Source: Marsupella aquatica (Eukaryota > Plantae > Marchantiophyta). From it: DNA of 64,000 nt. This document shows positions 51,210 through 64,000 of the stretch, in pieces. The DNA lies in assembly GCA_973895155.1 (NCBI GenBank), contig OZ316895.1, positions 4,017,659 to 4,081,658 on the forward strand, read 5' to 3'. The position numbers and the translations under genes are program-made. The notes under the pieces were generated by a model. It searched no databases. It saw only the letters and a list, made by a program, of their open reading frames with translations, and was not told where the DNA came from. The first letter of the stretch is position 1, and each line of letters begins with the position of its first letter.

Positions 51210-52003
51210 TTCAGGAGGAGATGGAATTTGGTGAATTTTCGCTATTGAAGATACCCACCCAGAGAGTACCTCCAACAGCACATTCTCTGTGGACGGAAAA
51301 ACCCTTGAATTCGCCTGTGTTTCTCTCCAAACTCGGTATCTGGTATGGGCTGCCCACTAACACAACTGGACAACAGCTACTACATTATTTTCTGGGCCTC
51401 GAAATTCAACTTTCTGGGTGCCTTAATTGAAAACTGTCACCTGGACAACTACTACAATACTGCTTTGTAGTGTATTCAGGAGGAGATGGAATTTGGTAAA
51501 ATTTCGCTCACGAAAAATATCCACCCAGAGAGTACCTCCAACAGAACATTCTCTGTGGACGGGAAAAAACTTGAATTCGCCTCTGTTTCTCTCCATCCTC
51601 GGTGTCTGGTATCGGCTGCCTACTAACACAACTGGACAACAGCTACTACATTTTTTTCTGAACCTCGAAATTCAACTTTCTGGGTGTCTTAATTAAAAAC
51701 TGTCACCTGGACAGCTACTACAGTACTGCTTTGTGGTGTATTCAGGAGGAGATGGAATTTGGTGACTTTTCGCTAACGAAAAGTACTCACCCAGCGAGTA
51801 CCTCCAACAGCACATTGGACGGGAAAAACCTTGAATTCGCCTCTGTTTCCCTCCATCCTCGGTATCTGGTATCGGCTGCCTACTAACACAACTGGACAAG
51901 AGCTACTACAGTACATTCTTTTCTGGGCCTCGAATTCAACTTTCTGGGTGCCTTAATTAAAAACTGTCCCCTGGACAACTACTACAGTACTGCTTTGTAG
52001 TGT
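51210..52003. repeat. ~3 x 265-bp tandem repeat
   Basis: AATT(G/A)AAAACTGTC(A/C)CCTGGACA at 51425, 51691 and 51955. TTCAGGAGGAGATGGAATTTGGT recurs with the same period. Confidence 0.92.
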
Positions 52004-53669
52004 AGGAGTGCAATCTGGTACGAACCCAGGCCAAGGAAGACCACCATACCAAACGCCCCACTATGGAACGCCAAAAAACAAAACGCTGGACAGGCAAGCA
52101 AGAGAGACAGCAGACATGACAGGACACGAAGCGAGAGCCAGACACATGGACCTCAGTGCTTTTCGCCTCCACCCACTCCCACTCTCCCACAAACTCCCCT
52201 CTCTTCCTCCACATCAAGAGTTGTTGCTTGCTACCAACTCCACCCCAAAGTCTCCAACGCATGTGTCCATCCAGCGCCAGCACCCAACTTTTTAGAAAAC
52301 TGGGCAAAATTAGCTTTGTGTGTTCAACACATTATTTGCAAGTATGTGTCTGGAATAGAGTTGCTCCCGAAAGTATGTGCTGGTGGGAAGTGTAATACTT
52401 TGGTCAAAGCTCTGTCTGTTTTGGCTATGGTGAGTTAGCGCTCCAGTTTGATACCAATGAACGAGGTTCCAAAATGAATTAGCCATGAAAGGAAGAAGAA
52501 GAAGCACAAACTCAGCATCATAAGAGGGACATGAGTTACATTTTAGGAAAACTAGGGAGTTCAAAGAATGAAGGAACTTGGAAGTGTTTTACAATTGGTA
52601 TGATCTTGTATATCCCTCCATACTTTAGCCCCAACCTAATGCCCTTCATGTGTTTAGGTGCATTATGGAGAAGAATACACAATCCAGATTGGATTAAGGC
52701 ATTATGAAACCCTCCTTCACTTTTGCTAAAATATTAAAAAGAAGAAAACTCTGAGGCCTTTAAGTGAATTACAACCTGAGTACATTGGTTCAATAATGTC
52801 ACCTCAAAACTGGAGCTAGAGCACTGGTTTGGGGGGACAATGGTGAACAATGATCTGTTACCAGGGCATTACTCTATGCTCACCATAATAATGAGGAACT
52901 GTCTTTGAAACATTGTTCTGTAGCATGTGTCCCCTTTGGACTCTCTACTTAGTAAAATGAAGCCTATATCCACAGACAAAAATAAGCCTTTCGACAGAGG
53001 GTATAGTGAGTGGTAAAAAATTCTTCATACTGCATAAGCAACTAAGTTGAGATGCCTCTAAAGTTTGAGAAAACTCATTTTGGACCAAAGGTGTTGTTCG
53101 TAGCTTATGCCCATGTGGAATTTACTGCCAAATCTCAAATTTATGTATCCATGGCATAGAAGAAAATGATGCTCCCATGGACATAGAAAGCAACCACACA
53201 GTGGAGATGGACTGATTAAAATTATTCCCTGTGACATCATGAATAAAATGGGGTCCAAGTTGCAAAAATCCATGGGAGCATTTAGACAAAGATCTGTCCT
53301 GGCTTCATAATGATTCAAAGAGCACGAAAAAAAATGGGAAAATAAATTAATTCTCACATTTTTCAAATAAAGGGAAAAAAATTCCAAAACAGTAATTTAT
53401 ATACTAATGTATTTGTTGTATTTAACGCCTCACTTGCACTGTCAGGGAACTCCTGACACCAAAACCACTAAACCCCGACCAGCGCCAGCTTTATTGAAAT
53501 TTCTTATCTCGAACACAAACTTTACTCAGAAACCAGAACCATCGTTAGATATGGGGTATTTAACCCACCGCTCAAGAGATTCACTCCTACTCCTGTCCAT
53601 CTCGAAAAGTCTTTGTTTATTGACGCTGAAGTCGTTCACACATCATCCAACGCAACGACAAGATGCACG

Positions 53670-53746
53670 AACCAACCAGATTTGAACCCTCGTCGGCTGT
53701 CGCATGCAGCCCCACGACTCAGAGCTTACCCAACTGAACTGAGCTG
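53670..53746 (-). mobile_element. Possible tRNA-derived SINE head remnant
   Basis: Minus strand AGCTCAGTTCAGTTGGGTAAG (A-box-like) and GGGTTCAAATC (B-box-like). No tRNA cloverleaf. Confidence 0.25.
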
Positions 53747-54299
53747 TCGATCACAGGTCCATTACTATCGTACGGTGTTACAGTGTCACTGAAGTCCCTT
53801 TACGCCAATTAAACGCCACTCACAATAGAAATAAATAATGTCGTTACATATGACAATATGACATTGCCAATGAACAAAAAGCACCAAATGGGGAGACACG
53901 TAACCCAAAAGGCAAAGAATATCTAAAAAACAATTATTGTCTTTTAGTGAATGTTATTTCAATCTAACTCCTTCGTAACTCATTTATTATCATCCTTTGG
54001 GTCCTATTCTTAGATGTGATCTTCTCCTTTGACAACTCATTTATTACAACCCTGGATCTCATTCTTAGATCTTGCACCTGCCAATTTCTATTTCAGTGAT
54101 ATCACGGTCTTTTGTGAGACAAGGGTTTTGATGAACCCCATTTGGGATGAGAGTTTATGCCAATGCTGAAAGACTTCTGAATTTTGTACTCAAAATCTCA
54201 CTTGAGCAAAAGGGTTTTGATGCACTCCATTTGAGATGAGGGTTTATGCCAATGCTGAGAGCCTTATGAAGTTTGTACCGAAAATCTCACTTGCCACAT

Positions 54300-55405
54300 T
54301 TACTCTATAAGAAGAATATACACAAACTTTTTACAGCAAAGGGCCAAACAGACTACAAAAGAATAACTAAAAGAGGTCCCAAGTGGGCAAAACCAAATGC
54401 AAAAGAAGTGAGCGAAAGGAAACCTCTAAGAACCAAGAAAGGGAAACTAAAACAACCGTAAATGGACAGAGGTCCTTCTCACTCCGCTAGTCTGGCTAAT
54501 AGCTAAAGGTCCACATCAAGTGTCGAAACTAAATCGGCAAGTGGGACTGAAATGTCCTCTAGGGGGGCTAGCCGTTGCGGAGGCACACCCACTCTCAGAG
54601 ATCGATGATGGATGGCCCGAGCTTGAGCACGCTGTAAGGTGATTGAAATGCGTTGGCAAAAGTGCGTGGTTAAAACAGATAGCGGGGGTCCAGTGGGACC
54701 CAGCCATGAACATCCCGAGCAGCTTGTCGAAGAAGCCCATCGAATTGATGATGGAGATGCCCAAATAGCTCAAGAGGAAGGGGGAGAAAGCTATCAGATG
54801 AAGCTCGGGCAGCATATTTGGCCTCCTTTGTTGTTGCCGCTCGTGATGCCGCTGCCCCTGCCATTGTTGCCGCTGACCCAATGATGTCTTGGCGCAATGG
54901 GTTTGCCACTACTACATCTGCCAAAGTACGTTGACCCTCACGGACCATGGTAAGATCCACCCGTAACCGCTGTGATGGAGGACCAGGTAACTTGAGCACC
55001 ACCTCCTGTCGCACGCTAACCAAAGAGCTAGAGAGAACCTGAGCAGTCGCTTCTCTCACAACATCATGAACAAAAATGGTTTCGCCGCCCAAACTACACC
55101 GAAGAAGATGGACACCTGTGGCATCACAAGGCTTCCCACAAGTGCAAGAGGGAGGTAAACCAGCAAGAAGTGGGCGGGACAGCCCCATACGAAGATGCAT
55201 GGCTGTCGAGAACTCTGCTGAAGACATCTGCAAATGAGTGAGCAAATGAGGAATGATTGGATTGGCCTGAAGCCAACCCCCTGCGCCCTTCCCTCCGGAA
55301 GAAAGAATCCGAGCTCGGTCCGTGTCAGGTGCCTCGGTGAGGATGCTGGAGAGGGTGAAAGCGTGCATACGCCCAGTAAGGTCTGCCTGAAGACGGACGG
55401 GGTCC
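54300..55405 (-). mobile_element. 5'-truncated CRE-like non-LTR retrotransposon (CCHC finger plus restriction-like endonuclease)
   Basis: RARILS..GAGGWL, EF..A..LRMG, CTCG....GVHLLRC..G....HD, E......RVDL...LADVVV.NP, AA..KEAKY, FLPL.LELFG. This is the typical C-terminus of CRE-clade RLE elements, followed by an AT-rich 3' UTR. Confidence 0.75.
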
Positions 55406-58066
55406 AAGGATAAAAATTATAAGGTAACTAAAGCTAAGCAAACGATTAAGTTATCTGGATTGGGGCCATAGAAGCATTCAGAAATATCAAGGCATACACT
55501 CTCATGTCATCTTGTGACAATGGGTAGCATTGAAGGACAGGGCCCAGTGGCCAACAACACATTCCTTGCCTTGAAAAAGTCGATGTTTAAATGGACCACA
55601 ACATTTGATCATGCAACTTGGATATTCTTTAATTCAAGATAATATTCAAAATAATATAATTGTGCTGTGAACTGTCTACAAAAGATTACATCAAGGCTAC
55701 TACATGAAATAGGCACTAGTTTAGCCTAGAGCAGGGCCAGCTGCTCGGATCCTGTCTGGCTTGCGTATTGGGCTAAATTCTCTAAAAAGTATGACTTTTT
55801 GTTGAGGCAAGCAAGCTTTTAGTGGGAGAAGCTCTACAGTCGGTGTGAAGGAGGAAGTCGTTAGTTTAATTGGAGGAGACCAACTTACTTATTTTTAACA
55901 CTCACAAAGTGGAATACACAATGAGCCTGGATGCAAGAAAAAGTCAAGAATGGAACAAGTGTGGCGCGAGAGTGCAGCCAGCAGCAGAGCGTAGAGTGTA
56001 GGGACCAGGCACCAAGGCTTGGGGCTCATTAATGAGCCTCAAGTTTGCCTTCTTCTTCAATCCATCTCATCTGAGTTGTCTGTCAAACATTGGGGTTCAT
56101 TGGGGCTTTCTTCTCACGCAAGGACAAGTTCGGATCCTTGTAATTATTTTTCAGCTTTTTCTTCATCGACATTGACATTTAGTAAACAAAATGATTAATT
56201 TGGAATGGTCATAACGCTACCATAGCACTGTAGTCTTAAACCACTGACGATCCCGACCACGCGCAGCGCGCCAATCACACGCTGATTAATTCTCCCAGAC
56301 AGTAAAAATAACTGAAAATAAGATTCCACGGATCGAAAGCGTGCTCAGAGGGCTGACGAGCAGTGGCCGTCGATGGTCTAAATCGAGCGTCTGAGCTCAT
56401 CTGTAAAGTCATGTTACATGTGTCGTCTGAACGGGAGCAGTTCCTGTCAGAGTGTTGTCATTATACTCATCAAGTTCCTTTTACTGTGTAAGGTCTGCCA
56501 CTTTTGTACCGTCCGGTATTTTGGTCCTGTGGGTTGTCAGAAAGGACTGTTTTCGTACACCAGACAGCATCCTTTTGGTGACCGGGCCAATTGGTCACTG
56601 TAAACATATTATGGTGCCAAAGGACAAAAGATGCTATATGGGTAGAGAAGGGTAAATATATCATGGTGCCGAAGGACAAAGATGCTATATGGGTAGAGAA
56701 GGTCCCAAAAGGCAAAGGAACCCAATAAAGGGAGGGAGAAGGCCCCAAGACGACCAAAGAGGTGCAGCCCAATAGAGGAGGGAAAAAGCCCCCAAAAGAC
56801 CAAGTTGTTCAACAAGCCAAGGAGTCCTCCATAACAACAGATAAATAAATAAACAAAGAACCAACTAAGACCATTTAGACTAGCATCCCAATGGAAAGCT
56901 AATTTCAGTGAAAAAAATGGGAGTAAAAGAAACTTAGGTTGAATTTCGTTTGAGCTCTATGAGGCTCTTCGGTTTGCCAATAGTTAATTTTCTGGCTTTG
57001 TTCCCATTGTTTTGAGGTTGGGTTCGAGCAGGTGTTGGCTTTGGTTGTCTCTCCTTGATTAGGTCTATCTCCTATGTGATTGTGCCTCCTGGTAATTGGG
57101 CGCCTTTAATTTTTTGGCAATTTGCTATATATCATTCAAAGAAATCTAGCAACACAATGTATGTTGAGTAAGTTTGGATGGATGCAGGGGTCTTTTCCAT
57201 CCCCATGGACTGCTCAAAGTCACCAGTCATTTTACATGAAAAAGAGAAATAAGTTGAATGCAATTAAGATGCAATTTTGGGAATGATGCTTTCACATTTG
57301 CAAAGAAGAATTAACTACTTTTTGCGCCCTGATAAACTCTAAACTGCCAGTTTTTGGTAGAATTGACCATTAAGGTAGAAAGGAGGGGGTGGGGGGGTGG
57401 GCATTAGAAATGGACCATTTAGAAAGTCCTGAAAACCACTTCAAACCTAAAGTTGGATGGACGAAGTATTTGTAGTTGTTGATTGGAAGAGGATGAAGGA
57501 AGGGGGGGGGGGGGGGGGGCGGGAATGAAAGCAAGTCCCCAAAACTAAGGCCATTCAACCAGCAAAATACTTCAAGCAAGATCCATAAAATTCCCAATAC
57601 TACCACTGTTTTTTTAGTATTTAAAAACATGCCGCGGTTTTAGTATATAGTTTCCCTTGTTTCCTTGGTAAACTTGTCATCCATATATAAAACCATGACA
57701 TTTTTATTAAAAAAAAAAAACACTAGTAGTATTGTAAATTAGAACATCTTTAGTGGCAGAACAATTAAAAGTTCAAAATTCAAAAGAGAAGGAACAAGGA
57801 GCCTGGGGGCCAAACATTATTCAAATGACCAGTCAAAGACACGTGGCGCAACAGAGTTGCACACCGGACACTTTGCGAGCATAAACAAAAATTACACGCT
57901 GATGACCAAGGGTAACGAGGGACCAAAGATTAAAATTTGTTGATCCAAGTTTGGGGAGCCTTTGGTGCTTTTGCGCTTTCGCGTGTTTTTAGATGTTTGA
58001 ATGAAAATATCTTTCAAGGTAACATGAAAAAGTACTAAGTACTTATATTATAACTTAAAAGCTAAA

Positions 58067-58138
58067 AAGCCTATTCAAGGGTGACGAGGGGCGTAGTATA
58101 TAAGCCTATTCAAGGGTGACGAGGGGCGTAGTATATAA
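58067..58138. repeat. 36-bp tandem duplication
   Basis: AAGCCTATTCAAGGGTGACGAGGGGCGTAGTATAT twice. Confidence 0.85.
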
Positions 58139-61030
58139 TCACTGCAAATAATCAAAAAGGACCTTACCGGGAGACAGTATCCCTAAGGCAAGAAATCCAT
58201 AGGGGGCTGAGTCCTTGAGCAATAAGTTAGAGCCCAAGACAAAGTGTGAAATCTTCAAGGTATAGATGATGATTGAACCTGACCAAGTACACAAGTCAAC
58301 ACTTAGTAGGAAAAGGTGTTACTGTGCATGGCTAGCTGACACAGCCATTCACAAACAACATGATTGCTTGGAGTACTTACCACATTACCCTGTAAGTCTG
58401 TAAGTCAGACATTTTAGATTGGTGGAGGACTGATTCCAAATTGGAGCCAGCTAGACACATGCAGACATGCATGCATGTGCATGCACGCACGCTTGGTTGC
58501 ATGGACATGGCAAGGTCAAGGAAATGCAATAAACATAGTAGACCTTGGTGAGAAGAGTGTTTTCTGATTTTCTGCTCCAGCTTGACCTGTGCTTGACCCA
58601 AATACGAAAAGTTTCCTAATTTGAACTCCCCTAATTGGGTAACTGGGCTTTATTTATTTGTCTTGAGCCTAAATGAGAGGAGTAACACTTAGTATACTCT
58701 CCCCACCCAAAGTGACATATACATTGTAGGGAACCTAATACAGGGTTAGGCAGCAAGGATCTGACAGGGACCCCACCAGGAGGGAGAAAGACTTAAAACA
58801 GATCTACAGTGGACAGCCAGGGTCCAGATAAATAATGAGCACTCCCATCCACTACCCACACATATATACCCTTCACACCCCCTCCATAGAGGGGAGATTG
58901 AACCTGGGATCTTTTTCACTTGAGGCTAATCCCCTCCCTCGCCTACTGACCTAAGTCATATGGACTAATCCCCTAGCCAACTGATCTAAGCGCCAGTTGG
59001 TTCTAATTGGGCTTGACCTAAGCCAGTTGGTTCTAATTGGTTCTAATTGGGCTTTCTGGCATGGACTGTAGCCCAGATACTCTTGAATCTTAGGCCATTC
59101 CTTGAAAAAGGGAACTCCTTCGTGCTTCGTAAGAACTTGCGGTGAGGGAGTTTGTGCCTCGTTTTACCGTGCCCACCAGCCTGAATGAACTCTCGAAGCA
59201 ATTCTCTTGTGGGTGCTTCTACTTCCTTTCCTACTGGGTTGACCTCTTCAGTAACTTCGTAGTCTGTTCAAGCTAAAACTTGGATCGACTGTAGATAATT
59301 TAATGATCGTCGAAGTACTCGTTGTTTTCCTGATTGTGGATGCATTCGGACATAGACCCGACTTTTGTTCAATGTACCTTTCGATTGGTGGTGACAGTCT
59401 GAAGTCTGAACAAACATAGAGGTTTGATCTGAGGGTCAAACGGGGGGTCAAGTCTGATCTGAATGTGTCCAAATGTTACTGTAGCGCATGATCAGACCAC
59501 AGACTAGAAGCTCGACTTGATCATTCCTGACGCACCTTTGTGTGGAGACTGCAGATTGCAGAGGACGATCACAGCACCATATCTAACCTTGATTTGATCA
59601 GCCCAATCATGGCACAACGACGAGGAGCTATGGATAAGTCGACGTCCAGGCCACTTCATGTTCTATCCATCTAACACACTATTTAGACTGGACTTGGAGT
59701 GATCGATCTTACAGCTCTCATGGGGAAGGATTGAAGGATTGGTGTCAACGATTAGGACGGGATATATGTTGGACCGACTTCATATGGTGATCCATCGCCA
59801 CAGCGCGAGAAGGGTGGTAATAGATGAGACGCCTACAGATTGAGGAGACGAGCCACTTTACTTGTCGGGAAAGGTTGATGCCTGAGTACCTATAGGCCTG
59901 CCCTTCTTGGTGCTCATTGTTGAGTTCAACAGCTGAACCCAACTGAAGTCACCTCACCTCACCTCACCTCACCTCCCATCAACCACAACTATAACTTGGC
60001 CCGAAATAACTCAGCCTAACTCAACCTAACGTAATCTGACCTAACCCAACTCACCCCAACCAGGCCTCACTTTCAAAATAAGTAAGAACATGGCTGAAAT
60101 GCTGAAGGATAGACTTTAGAATCCAAGCTAAGTCAAGGTGAACAAAGGTGCCAAGTGATGTATGTACAGTAGGTCAGGGAACCTATTTCATGTTTAGGGC
60201 CCTCTTAGCACCATAGGTACCTCTGAAGTAGGAGTGCATTAATGTATGTAGCTCCAGAGTATCCTAACTGGAGTGGCCTCCCTGCAGTGGCCCTTATTCC
60301 TAAATAGATTAGAGCCAACCTCCATTGCCATAAGCCTGAGTGCCGTCCCTTAGTGCCACATTTCACTCCATATTTGGTAGAAATGGAAGCCAGGAGAGAG
60401 CCATAAGCCTGAGTGCCATACCTGAGTGGCATATTTCACGCCATATTTGGTAGAAATGGAAGCCAGGAGAGAGAGACCTCTGGGTCTCTATTTCCATGCA
60501 TTTACATCAAGATTCCACCACATGTCACAAGATCCAGGATGTGCTTGAGATTTTGATTGGGTATGATGACGAGTGACTTTGGAGAAGATAGAGGTCAAAG
60601 AAATACAGAACTGCTTGTGACTGAATTCAATATGGGGGCTATTCTAATTTCTCGGTCTCCAAATCAATGATGGGCTAAATGTTGGGTTTAGACATCCTCG
60701 ACCCTCCAACTGCTGGGGTACGCAGCTTAGGCACCCTAACTGACCAAGAGTGCTCATGTTCAGGGCCATCTCACAATCCTAAGTATGTTTGGTCCGCCAA
60801 TTAAGGACCAAAGAAATTTAAGTTGTCACTTTTTCTTCTATATATCTTACTAATAAATTGCAAGCAGAACCTAGAGTTGGAATATAGGCTTCTAGAGTGA
60901 AGACTCTAGACCGTAACCCCTTAGGGCCCCACCAAATTGATGTCCATGGAAAGAATAATGGGTTATTATTTATCTAAAAAAAGATGAGCAACCATGATAT
61001 TTTTTGTCTTCATGTCTACCGTCTTCCCAT

Positions 61031-61740
61031 GAACACAACGCCCAGGTGCTATATTCGAATATAGCACCCTAGGCATTGTGTTCAAATTTTGTCACATGGT
61101 TTGTATTTTTTCACTTGCTGTGCTGTGTTCGAAAATTGGGGTTGTGTTCAGAAAATGGCGTTGTGTTTGAGTTTAGACGTTGCGTATAAAGTTAGGAGAT
61201 TAATTTATGGTGTAACCATGAGTGAAAATCATATACAGAACTGATGTCTTAAAGAAAGTGTTTGGGAATGTGTAGGTAATGAAATTACACAAGGGAAGAG
61301 AGCCAAGAGAGCCAAGAGGATCTCTGTCCAATTGCCTAAAGGACGGCCTGTCACAAATTTGATGAACCATTTTGTAGGAGATAAGTCAGAAAAGGAGTTT
61401 AGAGATTCATTATCAATCTGATTTCTAACTTCGTGAATGTGCTCATTCATGTAAAAAGCTTCACAAGGAAATAAAGTTGGCGATTGCCCTTTCAGTTGAG
61501 CATGTGTGTCTGAGCTTTTGCTCCAGAAATTGTTTCGACTATTGCTGCAATTGCTGCAAAAACTGTTGACGGCTTTTCCTGTTTAGTTTTGCTTCAGCTT
61601 CAAATGTAGCAGGAGACACAAAATAGGATCGCTCTCAAACACAGGGTGCGATTTTGAATACAGTGCCAACTATTCGAACACAGCGCCAATTTCAAACACA
61701 ACGCCCGGGAGTTGTATTAATATGATGTTGTGTTTGAAGA
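61031..61740. mobile_element. Degenerate non-autonomous DNA element with inverted AACACA(A/G)CGCC motif clusters
   Basis: 53-bp palindrome at 61031-61083. GTTGTGTT motifs at 61120-61170 are mirrored by AACACA(A/G)CG motifs at 61635-61710. Confidence 0.4.
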
Positions 61741-64000
61741 AAAGCAACTTTTTCCTTTTAGGACCCTCAAATCTCTTATCCAAACATTTTATTATCCTAT
61801 CCTAATCTCCTATGTGCATGCCTTGGCCAGATGTAGAGAATCCTTTGTGGAAGATTACCTCCTACTTGTACATTCTTTGAGTGTATGCATCGGAGTGAAT
61901 AGAAAGAAAATTATATCAAATGTGAGATGTGTCTTAGAATATATGAGAAGTCAAAAGACAACTACTGTACGTAGGTCTTCTTCACGTGTGAGATCTCCCG
62001 GGTACGCAACTTCCGTTTTTATAACGCAAGTTTTTAATCCTTATAATGGCCCTTAAATCAGGCTAAGTATATCCAATTGACCATGCTGGATTTCATTTCA
62101 CTCTATGAAACTCTTGTACTTCTCAGATCAAAGATCCCAGAATTGTAACTTATATATATATATATATATATATTTAATTTGCCAGAATCAATTTGAATCC
62201 ATGGAGACCCCTGCGTAGCAAGGAACATAGCTTTTGGATAAATGCCCGGAGAAATGTTCTTCCATGCAAACTTACCTTTGTCTCACTTCTAAACCGTCTT
62301 ATATCACATGCGTTAGTCAATAGGTCATATCAGTTCTATTTTGAGGAAGAATTACAAAGAACGTATATGGACTCACAAACTCCAAAATGTTCCGTGTCCT
62401 TTTGTGATAATTCTCTACCACTTATTTTAAAGTTGATGAGGGTATCTAGTCAGGTGATTTGGGGCGCATTCAAATATGAGACCCCTTAGACTCGCCTTAT
62501 ATACAAATTCCTGCCAAGAGTGAAGTTCTGGTGAGCTAGAAATGAATTTTGAAATTCATGGATACCCCTCTATTGCAAGGAACATGAGGTAAGAATGACA
62601 AGAGCCCATCTCAGACAAGAGTTGCAACTTTATTAGAGTTCTCTACAGTCCATCTCTTATTCTGATGCATGTAACTTCTAGTTACAAGGACTCTCGACCT
62701 CGGGAACGGAACAGAATAAACCAAGATTTTCAACGGTGTCCAATTTTAAGAACATGGGGGGTTGTCTAGAAGTGTCTAAGCGAAAGAAGTGGGGTAACCC
62801 AATGAGGATCCAAACTGAAATGTTGATTAGTAGTAAATATTTGTGTGTGTGTTACCCAAGGAAGGTGCCCTGTCGATAATCACACATCAAAATGTCATAA
62901 TATATGGTGTGCACTCATTGATTTAAATAAAATAATTATGTTTATTGTGGTATGGAGGGATGTTGTAATAGTATATGTCACATTTTTATGTGTAGTTACC
63001 TGGACCCAGGAAGTTGTACAAGGGGGCAATAGTGAGACATATTAGACTCTCACATGTGAGATAATGGTCTTTCATTCTCAACCATAGTTGGACATAAACA
63101 CCACAAAAGGAGGGAAACTTCTAGAAACGATTTGATTGGTTGAATGCAAGCTCATTAATAGGACCAATTGTGCATCCTTCTGCTATGGTCTGAAAGCATG
63201 GTGACAATCTAGGTATGATGTTTGTCTGGACATATTGAAGTCTTACTTTGAGACCTGGCTGCACATGGTGTATATCTGGGGGTAGGGTCACGCAGAGTAC
63301 AACTGCCAGAATTGTGATATACAGGAAAATAATTTTTAGCTACTTTGTCACTAAAGATGGCCCAAATATTTGACAATAATGTCACAATTACTTTTTATAT
63401 TTACAAATATGTCACGTGTTGTATATAGTTGACAAGTTCACCAAGATAACTAGAATAACCATATCTAAAAACCATGGCATTGTAAATATAATAAAATTAT
63501 AAATTGGAACATCTTTAATGACAATGTACTTAAAGTTATATAAAGGAAATGCAGGCCATGGACAATACAACAAGCCACATGAGGGAGAGTGAAACACTTT
63601 GTGCCATAGCCGGCAAGCAGTGAGGGAGGAGGATTGGTTGTTCTTCTTGGGACGAAAGCACTCTTTTGCTACCCGTCCGCTTAGAGAACCATAGAGATGG
63701 TCCTTAGACTAGAGAGGGTTACTTAATGTGGTAAAGTTGGAGTAACCAGAGTTCCTCGGTGTGTGGTTCGTATCATTCTGGGACTGTTGGTTACTGGACT
63801 GTAGTTGGTTGAGTATGGATGAGTATGCTGCAATTGTGGCAAACCAAGTCAATGCCCTCACATTATACCCAGCATCGTGCAAACTCCCCTATATTAAAAT
63901 TCCCAGGAAAAGAGTAGTCATTGCTTTCTCAAGTAAATCTCACGTAATCGAGCGGAGCAACAACGGCAGCTGAAGTGGGAATGCATGCAAATTTCCATAT

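Noticed and set aside
57721-57735. CACTAGTA as a second CACTA end
   Set aside because: Only 8 bp match, no subterminal repeats, and no partner TIR seen.
58860-58990. tRNA-like B-box (minus-strand GGTTCAATCTCCC)
   Set aside because: No cloverleaf; too decayed to call as tRNA or SINE.

Overview
Eukaryotic land-plant genomic DNA, probably a bryophyte such as a liverwort (inferred from gene and TE style). The window is TE-dense and holds one clear host gene: a 3-coding-exon F-box/SEL1/zf-MYND gene (At1g67340-like, minus strand, 43255-46205). Resolved elements are a decayed L1 LINE (~8.8-14.5 kb); a complete CACTA/EnSpm element (15296-25256, 16-bp TIRs, TAG TSD); a complete Copia LTR element (26012-31912, CTGCT TSD); a MULE transposase (34.5-37 kb); and a 5'-truncated CRE-like RLE non-LTR element (~54.3-55.4 kb). 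Two candidate new systems stand out. (1) The CACTA carries a SET-domain (lysine methyltransferase-like) gene, apparently spliced to a transposase-associated Cys/His exon. (2) The ends at 4954 and 38311 look like the two TIRs of one large Mutator-like element split by an inversion, because their 9-bp flanks are exact reverse complements. Its left arm carries four tandem cargo ORFs (DUF1917, F-box-like, RPA70-C-like OB fold, unknown), each with a splice acceptor right before its ATG. All domain calls are motif recognition by eye, not database searches.
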